Assembly: GCA_964484225.1 (NCBI GenBank)
Contig: CAZAEM010000006.1
Span: 9,579-73,578 of the forward strand
Reading direction: 5' to 3'
DNA length: 64,000 nt
Source of the DNA: an uncultured Eubacterium sp.
Lineage (GTDB): Bacteria; Bacillota; Clostridia; Lachnospirales; Lachnospiraceae
The notes under the pieces are model-generated. The model saw only the letters and a program-made list of their open reading frames with translations. It searched no databases and was not told where the DNA came from. A program made the translations under genes and the position numbers. The first letter of the stretch is position 1; each line of letters starts with the position of its first letter. Positions 52,789 to 60,930 of the stretch are shown here, one piece after another.

Positions 52789-53592
52789 TCAACCAAGCAG
52801 TGAGAGAACACCCTGGTTCAGCTGATTTGCCTGAGCAAGCATAGATGTTGAAGCCTGCTGCAAAATGTTGTACTTGCTGAATGTGGTCATCTCATCTGCC
52901 ATGTCCACATCGCGGATGCGGGACTCGGCATTCTGAATATTCTCTGCGGCATTGTCATCGTTCTTCACTGTGTACTCCAGACGGTTCTGAATAGCACCCA
53001 AGTGAGAACGGTTCTTGGAAAGACTCTCGATATCATTATCAATTGTTTTGATTGCTGCTGTTGCGGAACTATAATCGGACACCTGAGTCGAAATATCCGT
53101 CATGCTGGTCGCTGCAATACTGATTTGAATGTTCTGACCACTGTTTGCCCCTACCTGCAGGTTCTTACCTGTGAAGTCACCATTACACAACGTCATTGTG
53201 TTGAACTCTGTCTGGCTGGTGATACGGTCGAACTCTTTCTTCAACTGATTCAGCTCAGCACTGATGGCATTACGATCGGTACTTACGTTCGTGTCATTAG
53301 CTGCCTGTACAGCCAACTCACGGGCACGCTGCAGAATCGCATGCTGCTGCTCCATGGCGCCCTCTGCGGTCTGAATCAGAGAGATGCCATCCTGTGCATT
53401 GTCGGATGCTCTCTGAAGGCCTCTTACCTGGCCTCTCATCTTCTCAGAAATGCTCAGGCCGGCTGCGTCGTCTGCCGCACGATTGATTCTGTATCCACTG
53501 GAAAGTTTCTCTGTGGATTTGCTAAGATAGTTACCGTTAATTCCCAACTGCCTGTTGGTGTTCATTGATGAAATGTTGTGTTGAATAATCAT
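52789..53592 (-). CDS. fliC: Flagellin (short, 267 aa)
   Basis: MIIQHNISSMNTNRQLGIN...SSGYRINRAADDAAGLSISEKMRGQVRGLQRASDNAQDGISLIQTAEGA is the N-terminal D0/D1 region. The C-terminus is ...ILQQASTSMLAQANQLNQGVLSLLG. Confidence 0.95.
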   Translation of the reverse strand: MIIQHNISSMNTNRQLGINGNYLSKSTEKLSSGYRINRAADDAAGLSISEKMRGQVRGLQRASDNAQDGISLIQTAEGAMEQQHAILQRARELAVQAANDTNVSTDRNAISAELNQLKKEFDRITSQTEFNTMTLCNGDFTGKNLQVGANSGQNIQISIAATSMTDISTQVSDYSSATAAIKTIDNDIESLSKNRSHLGAIQNRLEYTVKNDDNAAENIQNAESRIRDVDMADEMTTFSKYNILQQASTSMLAQANQLNQGVLSLLG

Positions 53593-53599
53593 AATCCAT

Positions 53600-53633
53600 T
53601 CCTCCTTGAATTCCTATTGGCTTCCCTGCCAAT
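53600..53633 (-). promoter_or_regulatory. Candidate CsrA binding sites in the fliC leader
   Basis: The RNA hairpin AUUGGC-AGGGAA-GCCAAU (53633-53616) presents GGA in its loop. A second GGA-containing element is the Shine-Dalgarno sequence AAGGAGGA (53607-53600). Confidence 0.55.
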
Positions 53634-53657
53634 ATGTTTTGTTTTTTTACACTATAT

Positions 53658-53684
53658 ATATCGGCATGTTTTATTTATTGTTTA
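53658..53684 (-). promoter_or_regulatory. Sigma-D (sigma-28) promoter of fliC
   Basis: On the minus strand: TAAA (53684-53681), a 15-nt spacer, then GCCGATAT (53665-53658). This is an exact match to the Bacillus sigma-D consensus TAAA-N15-GCCGATAT. Confidence 0.75.
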
Positions 53685-53709
53685 CCTCTTTTTTTTATTT
53701 TTTTATTTT

Positions 53710-54870
53710 TTATTCGAAAACCATACCAAATATTTTCCGCAGCTGTCTGTCGAAGGAGAATTTCTCCACCGCTTTTCTCCCATTGGCCGCTATCCCGGCC
53801 CGCTCATCTTCATGCCGGAGATAATACTCCGCCTTGCTGACCGCATCCTCCACGCTGTCATACATAACGAGATCCTGCCCATCCACAAAATTCTCTGCGA
53901 TCTCCGGCTGATAGTTGGTCAGGAGGAATCCCCCCGCCCCGAGAATGTCCAGCACCCGCAGAGGAATACCCGAAGTGATTGACTTCAGAGATATATTGAG
54001 ATTGATCCTGCTCAGCCGGTACACTTTGGGTGTCTCCGAATAACTGTCAGCTGTGCCGCAGTACTCCACCCGGGGCAGCAGTTCCTCCGGTTTCGTGGAG
54101 TACAACTTCACCCGATACCTCTTTGAGAGAAAAGAGAGGATCCAAAGACGCTCTCGCCGGGTGATCTCCGACGCCGTGATGTGGCGTATCCACTTGGCAA
54201 AAATCCATCCCGGTTCACGACAGATCGCCGGCACATCCCCATACCTCTTCTGCATTGGGAGGAGCATATCATCCGTCAACACCTCCTCCAAAAAATTGCT
54301 TCCGTATATACGGATCTGAGCATCAATCACCGCATCAAAAAAGCCCTGCTCATAGTCATCCAGTCTGGCATAAAAGGGAAGAAAGTCCGTCCCGTACATG
54401 CTCCCCACGAAGGCAATATCACAGCCATAACTCACCCGCTCACCTTCGCTGATCTCCATGCCGTCCAGGCGCTGTGTATTCACTGCCAGTTCCAGATGTC
54501 CCACCGTGTCAAAGCCCATATTGATGTACTTCATAGCTTCGTCTCGATCAAAGAAAAACACCCGGTTCGTCTTAAGCCCCAGCGTCTCCTCCGGGTTGCG
54601 CACATTGAAAGGGCTGTCGTACACCCATGCGATATACGGGACGTTTTTCACCGAACAAAGTTTTGCCAGCACAGGATAATAATTCAGCGTCATCACCCCG
54701 TCATAGCCGCCCTCATCCATCACAGTGCCAAAATTTCTGTCAAAGTACTCATCCTCGTATATATCGGTAAAACAGTATCCGATCTCCCGAATAGATATCC
54801 CCAGTCTGATCAGTGCATCACGAAGATCCTCCTGCATATAGGCCTCCCACACGCATATCAGCAGTCTCAT
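53710..54870 (-). CDS. CgeB-like glycosyltransferase (DUF3880 plus Glyco_trans_1_2), paralogue 3, immediately upstream of fliC
   Basis: DGVMTLNYYPVLA, IAFVGSMY, and RINLNISLKSITSGIPLRVLDILGAGGFLLTN...AANG are present. I set the start at ATG 54870 after GGGAGGACAAT. Confidence 0.7.
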   Translation of the reverse strand: MRLLICVWEAYMQEDLRDALIRLGISIREIGYCFTDIYEDEYFDRNFGTVMDEGGYDGVMTLNYYPVLAKLCSVKNVPYIAWVYDSPFNVRNPEETLGLKTNRVFFFDRDEAMKYINMGFDTVGHLELAVNTQRLDGMEISEGERVSYGCDIAFVGSMYGTDFLPFYARLDDYEQGFFDAVIDAQIRIYGSNFLEEVLTDDMLLPMQKRYGDVPAICREPGWIFAKWIRHITASEITRRERLWILSFLSKRYRVKLYSTKPEELLPRVEYCGTADSYSETPKVYRLSRINLNISLKSITSGIPLRVLDILGAGGFLLTNYQPEIAENFVDGQDLVMYDSVEDAVSKAEYYLRHEDERAGIAANGRKAVEKFSFDRQLRKIFGMVFE

Positions 54871-54887
54871 ATTGTCCTCCCTCTTCC

Positions 54888-54917
54888 AAAAAAGGGTCAG
54901 TCGGTATCGACTGACCC
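54888..54917 (-). terminator. Intrinsic terminator after the flgN-like gene
   Basis: The minus-strand RNA is GGGUCAGUCG-auac-CGACUGACCC, a 10-bp stem (54917-54894), followed by UUUUUU (54893-54888). Confidence 0.7.
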
Positions 54918-54963
54918 CAAACAAAACATAGTGTAAACACCAAACATCGTCTGCAGCAGGATT

Positions 54964-55458
54964 TTATTTTGTCTTATCAAAAAAATACGACTGATCTGCC
55001 TGGTAGGCATTCCGCTGATTCTGGTGGTAATGCGATACAGCCTTGTTGTTCACATGAAAATCCCGTATCACTTTCTTCCTGCCTGCCACATACTCCTTGA
55101 AGTGGGCATCATTCTGCTGTTCCAGAGCCTGGATCTGGACACTCAGGTCCGATATGTGGGGCAGAATCTCCTGCATTTCCCGGATCTCCTGCACATACCG
55201 CTCCCGATGAGCCTCCAGCTCGTCTTTCACCCGCCGGAACAGAGCATCGAACACCTCATCCATCTCATTCAGCCGATTAACCAGAAGGCCCTTCTGATCG
55301 ATCAGTGACTGGAAATCGTCCATGTCCATGTCTTCATTCTGCAAGAGCATCCCCTGCTTCCTGGTATACTCCAGCAGGGACTTGAGAATCCCCTCTTTTT
55401 GTGTGAGGGAATCAGACATCATATTCACATATACGGAATTATCTGATTTTTGTCCCAT
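54964..55458 (-). CDS. FlgN/FliT-like flagellar export chaperone (tentative)
   Basis: It is an all-helical, acidic protein of 164 aa directly downstream of fliS. LLEYTRKQGMLLQNEDMDMDDFQSLIDQKGLLVNRLNEMDE resembles FlgN-family sequences. Confidence 0.45.
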   Translation of the reverse strand: MGQKSDNSVYVNMMSDSLTQKEGILKSLLEYTRKQGMLLQNEDMDMDDFQSLIDQKGLLVNRLNEMDEVFDALFRRVKDELEAHRERYVQEIREMQEILPHISDLSVQIQALEQQNDAHFKEYVAGRKKVIRDFHVNNKAVSHYHQNQRNAYQADQSYFFDKTK

Positions 55459-55477
55459 ATTTCACATCCTGTCTGCA

Positions 55478-55873
55478 TTACTTGCTCTCCACATGGTTCA
55501 GACGCATGACTTCCCTCCATGTGTCCCGCATCTCCCGGGTATACTTCAGGGCGGTATTAAGTGCCTCCTTATCCTTCCGGATGTTGGCCTCCACCAGCTG
55601 GTTGTAGATGAACTCATACACCCGCTCAAAGTCCTCCCACACCGGGTACTTGTGATCCAGTGTGACGCGGAACTCTGTTATGATCGCCTGGGCCCGCTTG
55701 ATATTGTCATTCGCCTTCTCCATATTATGGTTTTCCAAAGCAATCAGCGCAATGTTGCAAAACTTGATCGCCCCATCGTACAGCATCAACGTCAGTTCCG
55801 CCGGTGAGGCCGTCATGACCGCATTGCGAAAGTAGGCGTCCGTCGCATTTTGTTCCATAGTTTCCTCCCCCAT
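55478..55873 (-). CDS. fliS: Flagellin-specific export chaperone FliS
   Basis: AYFRNAVMTASPAELTLMLYDGAIKFCNIA...KAQAIITEF...LYEFIYNQLVEANI...W is present. The ATG at 55873 overlaps the fliD stop (TGATG). An alternative ATG lies at 55858. Confidence 0.9.
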   Translation of the reverse strand: MGEETMEQNATDAYFRNAVMTASPAELTLMLYDGAIKFCNIALIALENHNMEKANDNIKRAQAIITEFRVTLDHKYPVWEDFERVYEFIYNQLVEANIRKDKEALNTALKYTREMRDTWREVMRLNHVESK

Positions 55874-58140
55874 CAGCTTCCGAACAGGGAAGACAGAGCA
55901 CTCTGCTGGGACTGAAGCTTCGCCAGGGCCGTCTCCATGGCGGTAAACTTGTCATAGTAAGCGTCTTCCATATCCTGCAGCTTCTCTTCCATTTTTTCAA
56001 TCTGATCTTCGTAGTCCTCCAGATCGCTCTTTATCTGCTTGTCGTTGTAGAATGTCAGTGCGCTGCTGACCGAGCTGTATGCCATCTTGTCACTCATGGT
56101 CTTTCTGAGATTCCCAAATATAGAGGAGAGGACATTCACCACGGCATCCGGGTCATCCTCCAGGGCAGACCTTAAACGATCCGTGTAGTCCGCATACGTA
56201 GAGTCGTCTGCATCCCCATAGATATGAAGCTGGCCGCCCTCGGTGTAATCGTAGCTTGTCATGATGCCAAAGCTCGACAGCGAATACTTCTTTCCATTGT
56301 ACTCCACCTGAGAGGACATGGCTGACCTCATGGCCGTGATGAGGCTGCCCAGTGTTGTGTCGCTGCGCAGCAGAGAGTCCTTGATCTTATCCTCCCACAG
56401 CTTCACATCCTCGTCCGTCATGGCCTCCTTCTCCTCGCTGGTCAGGGGGTCATAGCCCGTGGCCGAATCTGCCGTATAGAGGGTGTACATCTCCTTCATA
56501 ATCGAATTGTATTCTGTCAAAAAATCTTTTATCGAGTTATATACGCTGTCCACATCCGAAGACACGGAAAAAGTAATCGCCTCCCCGGGACTCGTGGTGC
56601 CCGTGAGCTCGATGCTCAGCCCGTTGGCACTGACAGTGGAGGATGAAGATGTCAGCCTCGCACCGTTCAGATAGATTACACTGTCTGACCCGGAGATAAA
56701 TGCTATATCAGAAGACGCACCGTCCCGCAGCGCATACCCGTCTTCTGTGGCCACGATGTCGTCCAGACCCAGGGCCGTCAGGGCAGACTTCTCCAGCACA
56801 TCATTGCGGCTCGACACATTGGCATAGGCAGTCACCGCTGGTTCTATGTCATTTTTCACTTTATCCAGGGTGTAGTTCGCTGTCCCCTCAAAGCCTGTGA
56901 TGGCAGGCACCTCTGCGTCATTGCCGCCGGCGTAATATTTTACCAGCGCCGCAGAACTCACATCACTCCGAACCGTATCCTCATCCAGTCCGGCAGCCGT
57001 CACTCTGTCGATCTCCAGTTTTGTCTCATCATCATTTGAAATCTTCTCGCTGACAAAAGCAGAGGTGTCACTGTCCGCCCTGGACGCCACCGCCTTATTA
57101 TACTCCTGCTCTGCCGCCCAGGCCACGTACTCATCCTCTGTCATGGACTCCACGCCCGCCTGTCCGTACACAATCTCCTTATCCTCGTCGGTGAAAGTGT
57201 TGAAATCATTTCGGTACTTTTCGTCAAGCTCCGTCTTTACTGCGCCGTCTTCCCCGTAGTACTCTGATCTCAGGGCCGTCTCAGCCTCTGCCTTATAGCT
57301 TTCATAGTTGTCTGTATATAATTTCGCAGAGACATATTTCGTGGCCTCTTCCTTTGCCACGGCGCAGCTATTTTCATAGACAACCTGGGCTATGGTATCC
57401 ACCGCAGCCTCAATTGCCGTGGAATCCGCCCCGGCATCCCGCAGAGTCGCAATGGCCGAGTCCACTTTAGTCTGACTCGCACTGGAGAGGTCCGCATACC
57501 CCACAGCGGTTTTGATATCCTCCCTGGCCTGCAGCTCCTCAGCCGACAAAGCCGTCGTAGTGAACGTAAACGACTGATCTGCCCCGCTCTCCTTGCTGCT
57601 TATGAAGAAACGCTGCTGATCCGTGTCATAGCTCGCATTCAACCCCATGCCTTTCAGGGCAGAAGTGAAGTCCGCTATGGTCATGTCTGACGTGATGGTC
57701 AGTTTCGACGTCCCACTGCCGGTAGTCACCTCAATTTCCTTGTTTACAATATCCGGATCCAGGTCAGACAGCTTTGTTTTAGTGCTTGTCACTCCGTTCA
57801 GCTTCGCTCCTGTCATATATTGTGACGTGGCGATGTTTTCTATTTCCATGGTGTAGCTGCCATTTACAGCCGAGGTCTTTGCCGTCACGCTTGCTTTGGC
57901 CGGATCTGACACGGTGGCCTTTTTCGTCATATAGGACGACTGCAGCTGCATCTTGGAAGCGTAGTCCGTGTACAGTTTATATAATTTTGTGTTTAATTCC
58001 TGCCATTTGGTCTGCTTCCACTCCAGCTTTGTCTTGGAGTTGGTTAGCTTTGTCTTTTTCAGGCTCTGGGCAGACATCAAGGCACCCACGATCGCTTCCG
58101 TATCCAGTCCGGACATCAGTCCGCTCATTCTAATACCCAT
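55873..58140 (-). CDS. fliD: Flagellar filament cap protein FliD (long form, 755 aa)
   Basis: The N-terminus is MSGLMSGLDTEAIVGALMSAQSLKKTKL. The C-terminus is FTAMETALAKLQSQQSALSSLF. Confidence 0.9.
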   Translation of the reverse strand: MGIRMSGLMSGLDTEAIVGALMSAQSLKKTKLTNSKTKLEWKQTKWQELNTKLYKLYTDYASKMQLQSSYMTKKATVSDPAKASVTAKTSAVNGSYTMEIENIATSQYMTGAKLNGVTSTKTKLSDLDPDIVNKEIEVTTGSGTSKLTITSDMTIADFTSALKGMGLNASYDTDQQRFFISSKESGADQSFTFTTTALSAEELQAREDIKTAVGYADLSSASQTKVDSAIATLRDAGADSTAIEAAVDTIAQVVYENSCAVAKEEATKYVSAKLYTDNYESYKAEAETALRSEYYGEDGAVKTELDEKYRNDFNTFTDEDKEIVYGQAGVESMTEDEYVAWAAEQEYNKAVASRADSDTSAFVSEKISNDDETKLEIDRVTAAGLDEDTVRSDVSSAALVKYYAGGNDAEVPAITGFEGTANYTLDKVKNDIEPAVTAYANVSSRNDVLEKSALTALGLDDIVATEDGYALRDGASSDIAFISGSDSVIYLNGARLTSSSSTVSANGLSIELTGTTSPGEAITFSVSSDVDSVYNSIKDFLTEYNSIMKEMYTLYTADSATGYDPLTSEEKEAMTDEDVKLWEDKIKDSLLRSDTTLGSLITAMRSAMSSQVEYNGKKYSLSSFGIMTSYDYTEGGQLHIYGDADDSTYADYTDRLRSALEDDPDAVVNVLSSIFGNLRKTMSDKMAYSSVSSALTFYNDKQIKSDLEDYEDQIEKMEEKLQDMEDAYYDKFTAMETALAKLQSQQSALSSLFGS

Positions 58141-58180
58141 ATCTTCCTCCTAACTACAGGCACCCACCTGTCAATCATCA

Positions 58181-58594
58181 TCATTTTTTTTCGTCCACGA
58201 GGATCCCTGCCATCTCCCACAGCTTCTCCAGCATATCCAGAGACTTCTCCGGCGGGATCTCCCGGATCACCTCATCCGTCTCTGCATCAAACACCTTGAT
58301 GGACACCCTGTTCGTCTCCTTGTGATAGGCATACTCACAGCGTGTCTTGGTCATCTTGTGATTGGCACTGCGGACAGCATCATCAATCGTTGTCTCGCTG
58401 ACTGCACGATCCTTCTGTTCTCCGTTTCTGCCTTCCCCGGCTTCACCTTTCCAGGCCTGCGCTTCTGCGGGCTCTTTCACCGGCGCTGTCTCTGCCACAA
58501 CCTCCGTGTGTGGCGTCTCCACCTTCTTAGGTGTGCTGGAGACTTCCGGCGCACTCTGGGCAGAACCTACTTTTACTATTGGTTCTAATTCCAT
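58181..58594 (-). CDS. flaG: FlaG-family flagellar protein
   Basis: The C-terminus is YHKETNRVSIKVFDAETDEVIREIPPEKSLDMLEKLWEMAGILVDEKK. I set the start at ATG 58594, 9 nt after GGAGG. Confidence 0.85.
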   Translation of the reverse strand: MELEPIVKVGSAQSAPEVSSTPKKVETPHTEVVAETAPVKEPAEAQAWKGEAGEGRNGEQKDRAVSETTIDDAVRSANHKMTKTRCEYAYHKETNRVSIKVFDAETDEVIREIPPEKSLDMLEKLWEMAGILVDEKK

Positions 58595-58646
58595 TAACAA
58601 ACACCTCCATGTGTACATAATAAGTTGATCAATACTCTTATGAGAT

Positions 58647-58674
58647 GTATCGACATATTTTCTCAGAAAGTTTA
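58647..58674 (-). promoter_or_regulatory. Sigma-D-like promoter candidate upstream of flaG-fliD-fliS
   Basis: On the minus strand: TAAA (58674-58671), a 16-nt spacer, then GTCGATAC (58654-58647). The -10 element matches GCCGATAT at 6 of 8 positions. Confidence 0.4.
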
Positions 58675-58696
58675 TACTTTCCCAAAAAGTTTTCCC

Positions 58697-58912
58697 CTAC
58701 AGCAGATCAGACAGATTCTCCGGAGCCGCCGTCTCCGCCGCTTCCCTGTTGGAATTCCGGATCTGAGCATAAATCTCCTTGCGGTATATGGGCACGGATT
58801 TCGGCGCCTCTATACCGATCTTGATCTGGTCGCCCTTCACATCCAGGATAGTGACTTCCACATTGTCGTTTATGATAATGGACTCATTTACTTTTCTCGC
58901 CAAAGCCAGCAT
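58697..58912 (-). CDS. csrA: Carbon storage regulator CsrA (flagellar type with a C-terminal extension)
   Basis: MLALARKVNESIIINDNVEVTILDVKGDQIKIGIEAPKSVPIYRKEIY is present. Confidence 0.95.
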   Translation of the reverse strand: MLALARKVNESIIINDNVEVTILDVKGDQIKIGIEAPKSVPIYRKEIYAQIRNSNREAAETAAPENLSDLL

Positions 58913-58916
58913 GACA

Positions 58917-59381
58917 TCAATCCCCTTTCCTGTTTTTGAGGATATCGTATACCTTATACTTTACCTCGTAGTCCTGATTCTCCACAATCAACTGAACTCC
59001 CTTGCGGGTGTCCGCATTGATGATAAGCGGCGCCTTCAGGTTCACTGACATCTCCTTCAGATCCCCGGGTACCGTCATCATAAGGAGGATCACCAGATTC
59101 TCCTCCGTGAGAGCACCCAGATCTTTCAGCAGTTCATCCTCCACAATGGGATTGTACTCCTCCATCACCACCGTGGGATTGATCACTGTGAATGCCAAAT
59201 CCGGCTCATCCAGGCTCTGCAGCCATGAGATACTGGTCTTCCCCTCCTTTTCACAGTCATAAAGGATCGTGTATCTCTTATACTCATCAAATCCGATCAT
59301 ACCTCTGTCAAAGGTCAGTATTTTTTCCTCCGGGAGATCCACCTCCCCGAAATATCTGGTCTTCACCAACATGGTATCCAT
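58917..59381 (-). CDS. fliW: Flagellar assembly factor FliW (CsrA antagonist)
   Basis: VKTRYFGEVDLPEEKILTFDRGMIGFDEYKRYTIL...VNLKAPLIIN is present. The gene lies immediately upstream of csrA. Confidence 0.9.
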   Translation of the reverse strand: MDTMLVKTRYFGEVDLPEEKILTFDRGMIGFDEYKRYTILYDCEKEGKTSISWLQSLDEPDLAFTVINPTVVMEEYNPIVEDELLKDLGALTEENLVILLMMTVPGDLKEMSVNLKAPLIINADTRKGVQLIVENQDYEVKYKVYDILKNRKGD

Positions 59382-59396
59382 CTCCTATTCTATATC

Positions 59397-60902
59397 TTAT
59401 ATAAAGTTCAGCAGTGACTGCCCCAGTATCTTCGATGTGGCGTTCAGCGTAGCCTGGTAGAGAAGGTCCGCCTCCGAAAAGTTGATGTAGGCCTCTCCGA
59501 GATCCGCATCCTCGTTCTCTGATTTTGCCTCATCGGTGTCAATCTTTTGGGTTTCCAGCTTGGACTGGGTCATCATCAGACGCTGGTAGCGCGCACCGTG
59601 ATCTGCTAAGGACACATTCAGCTGATTCAGCGCATCCTTACACACGGTGATCCCGGCGGAGATGGCATTGGTCAACACAGTCTTCTGCAGTGCCATCTCT
59701 GTCTCAATCTGTGATTTTAACTCGTTGAGGGCGGCCAGCTCATCGGTGTCATTTTCATCACAGTCCTCTATCCGCTTCTCCACAGCGGTAAGCTTCGCCT
59801 CCATGATATCCATCTCGTCACAGAGATTAGATATATCGTCCACTGTCCTGCCCACATAGAGGCTGACAGAAGTACAGGCCTCCGTGTTGACAGTCAGGTT
59901 CTGGCTGAAGTTCACCTGATAGTCAATATTCTGGGAACCGGCATTTCCATACTGATAATTCTGATTTGTATCCTTATTGTACACCAAACATTTAAAATAA
60001 TGCTCCGGCCGTACGTCGTTTTTGTCAAATTCCGATTTCTGGTAGGTGATGGACAGACCGGACCCGGCTCGAATCTCATTGTACACATTATCTCCAAATA
60101 CGAGTTCTCCGGTCTCGGCAATCAGATATATTTCATCCGCCCCCGGATTCAAATGTTCGTTGTAGGTCGTGTCATCTACAGTTCTTTTCAGCGTGACATT
60201 TACGGTCACTTCGCTCCCGTCTTTGTCGGTGTAAGTCAGCGTGGGAGCCTGGTAATAGCCCTGGGTACTGTCGCTGTCCAGATCGTGGTAGGAAACCAGA
60301 ATCCGGTGGGTGGTTCGGAACTCAGAGGCATCCCCCGCATAGTCATCCGCCGTTGCCCCGTCTGTATAGGCAGCCTCCCCGTACACATAGTCCCACTTCC
60401 GGATACTGTCAATATCCAGGTCCTCCGTGATGGTATACACCTCGTCGGACTGCGCTTTGTCAAACAGGAGCGGGACATCCGTGCGATAGCCGGTGAAAAT
60501 ATACCTTCCGGCGTAATCTGAGTTGGCATCCTGCTCATATATATACTGTGCATACTGCTTCAACTGAGCCAGAAGATCTGCCCGGTCCGCTTTCTCCAGC
60601 GTCCCAGTGGCTGCATAGGTACAGTATTCCTCCATGTCCCCCAGACGGCCCGCTATGTCGCTGATGGCGGCCTCCGTGGCGTCCATCCAGGAAATGGCAT
60701 CGTCAATATTCGACAAATACTGGTCAATCTCTGACAGTGTTGTGCGGTACTTCAGGGCCCGCACGGCAACGGTGGGATCCTCTGAAGGACGCTGTATCTT
60801 TTTCTGCGTATTATATTGGGAAAGATATTTGTTGTAAGCATACTTGTTCTTCTGCATATTCAGCAAAGAGTTGTTCCGCATCATTGTGTTGGTCACTCTC
60901 AT
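59397..60902 (-). CDS. flgL: Flagellar hook-associated protein 3 (FlgL), long form (501 aa)
   Basis: The flagellin-like N-terminus is MRVTNTMM...IQRPSEDPTVAVRALKYRT. The C-terminus is DLLYQATLNATSKILGQSLLNFI. Confidence 0.85.
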   Translation of the reverse strand: MRVTNTMMRNNSLLNMQKNKYAYNKYLSQYNTQKKIQRPSEDPTVAVRALKYRTTLSEIDQYLSNIDDAISWMDATEAAISDIAGRLGDMEEYCTYAATGTLEKADRADLLAQLKQYAQYIYEQDANSDYAGRYIFTGYRTDVPLLFDKAQSDEVYTITEDLDIDSIRKWDYVYGEAAYTDGATADDYAGDASEFRTTHRILVSYHDLDSDSTQGYYQAPTLTYTDKDGSEVTVNVTLKRTVDDTTYNEHLNPGADEIYLIAETGELVFGDNVYNEIRAGSGLSITYQKSEFDKNDVRPEHYFKCLVYNKDTNQNYQYGNAGSQNIDYQVNFSQNLTVNTEACTSVSLYVGRTVDDISNLCDEMDIMEAKLTAVEKRIEDCDENDTDELAALNELKSQIETEMALQKTVLTNAISAGITVCKDALNQLNVSLADHGARYQRLMMTQSKLETQKIDTDEAKSENEDADLGEAYINFSEADLLYQATLNATSKILGQSLLNFI

Positions 60903-60930
60903 GGCATTACCCTCCTATACAGCTATCCGA

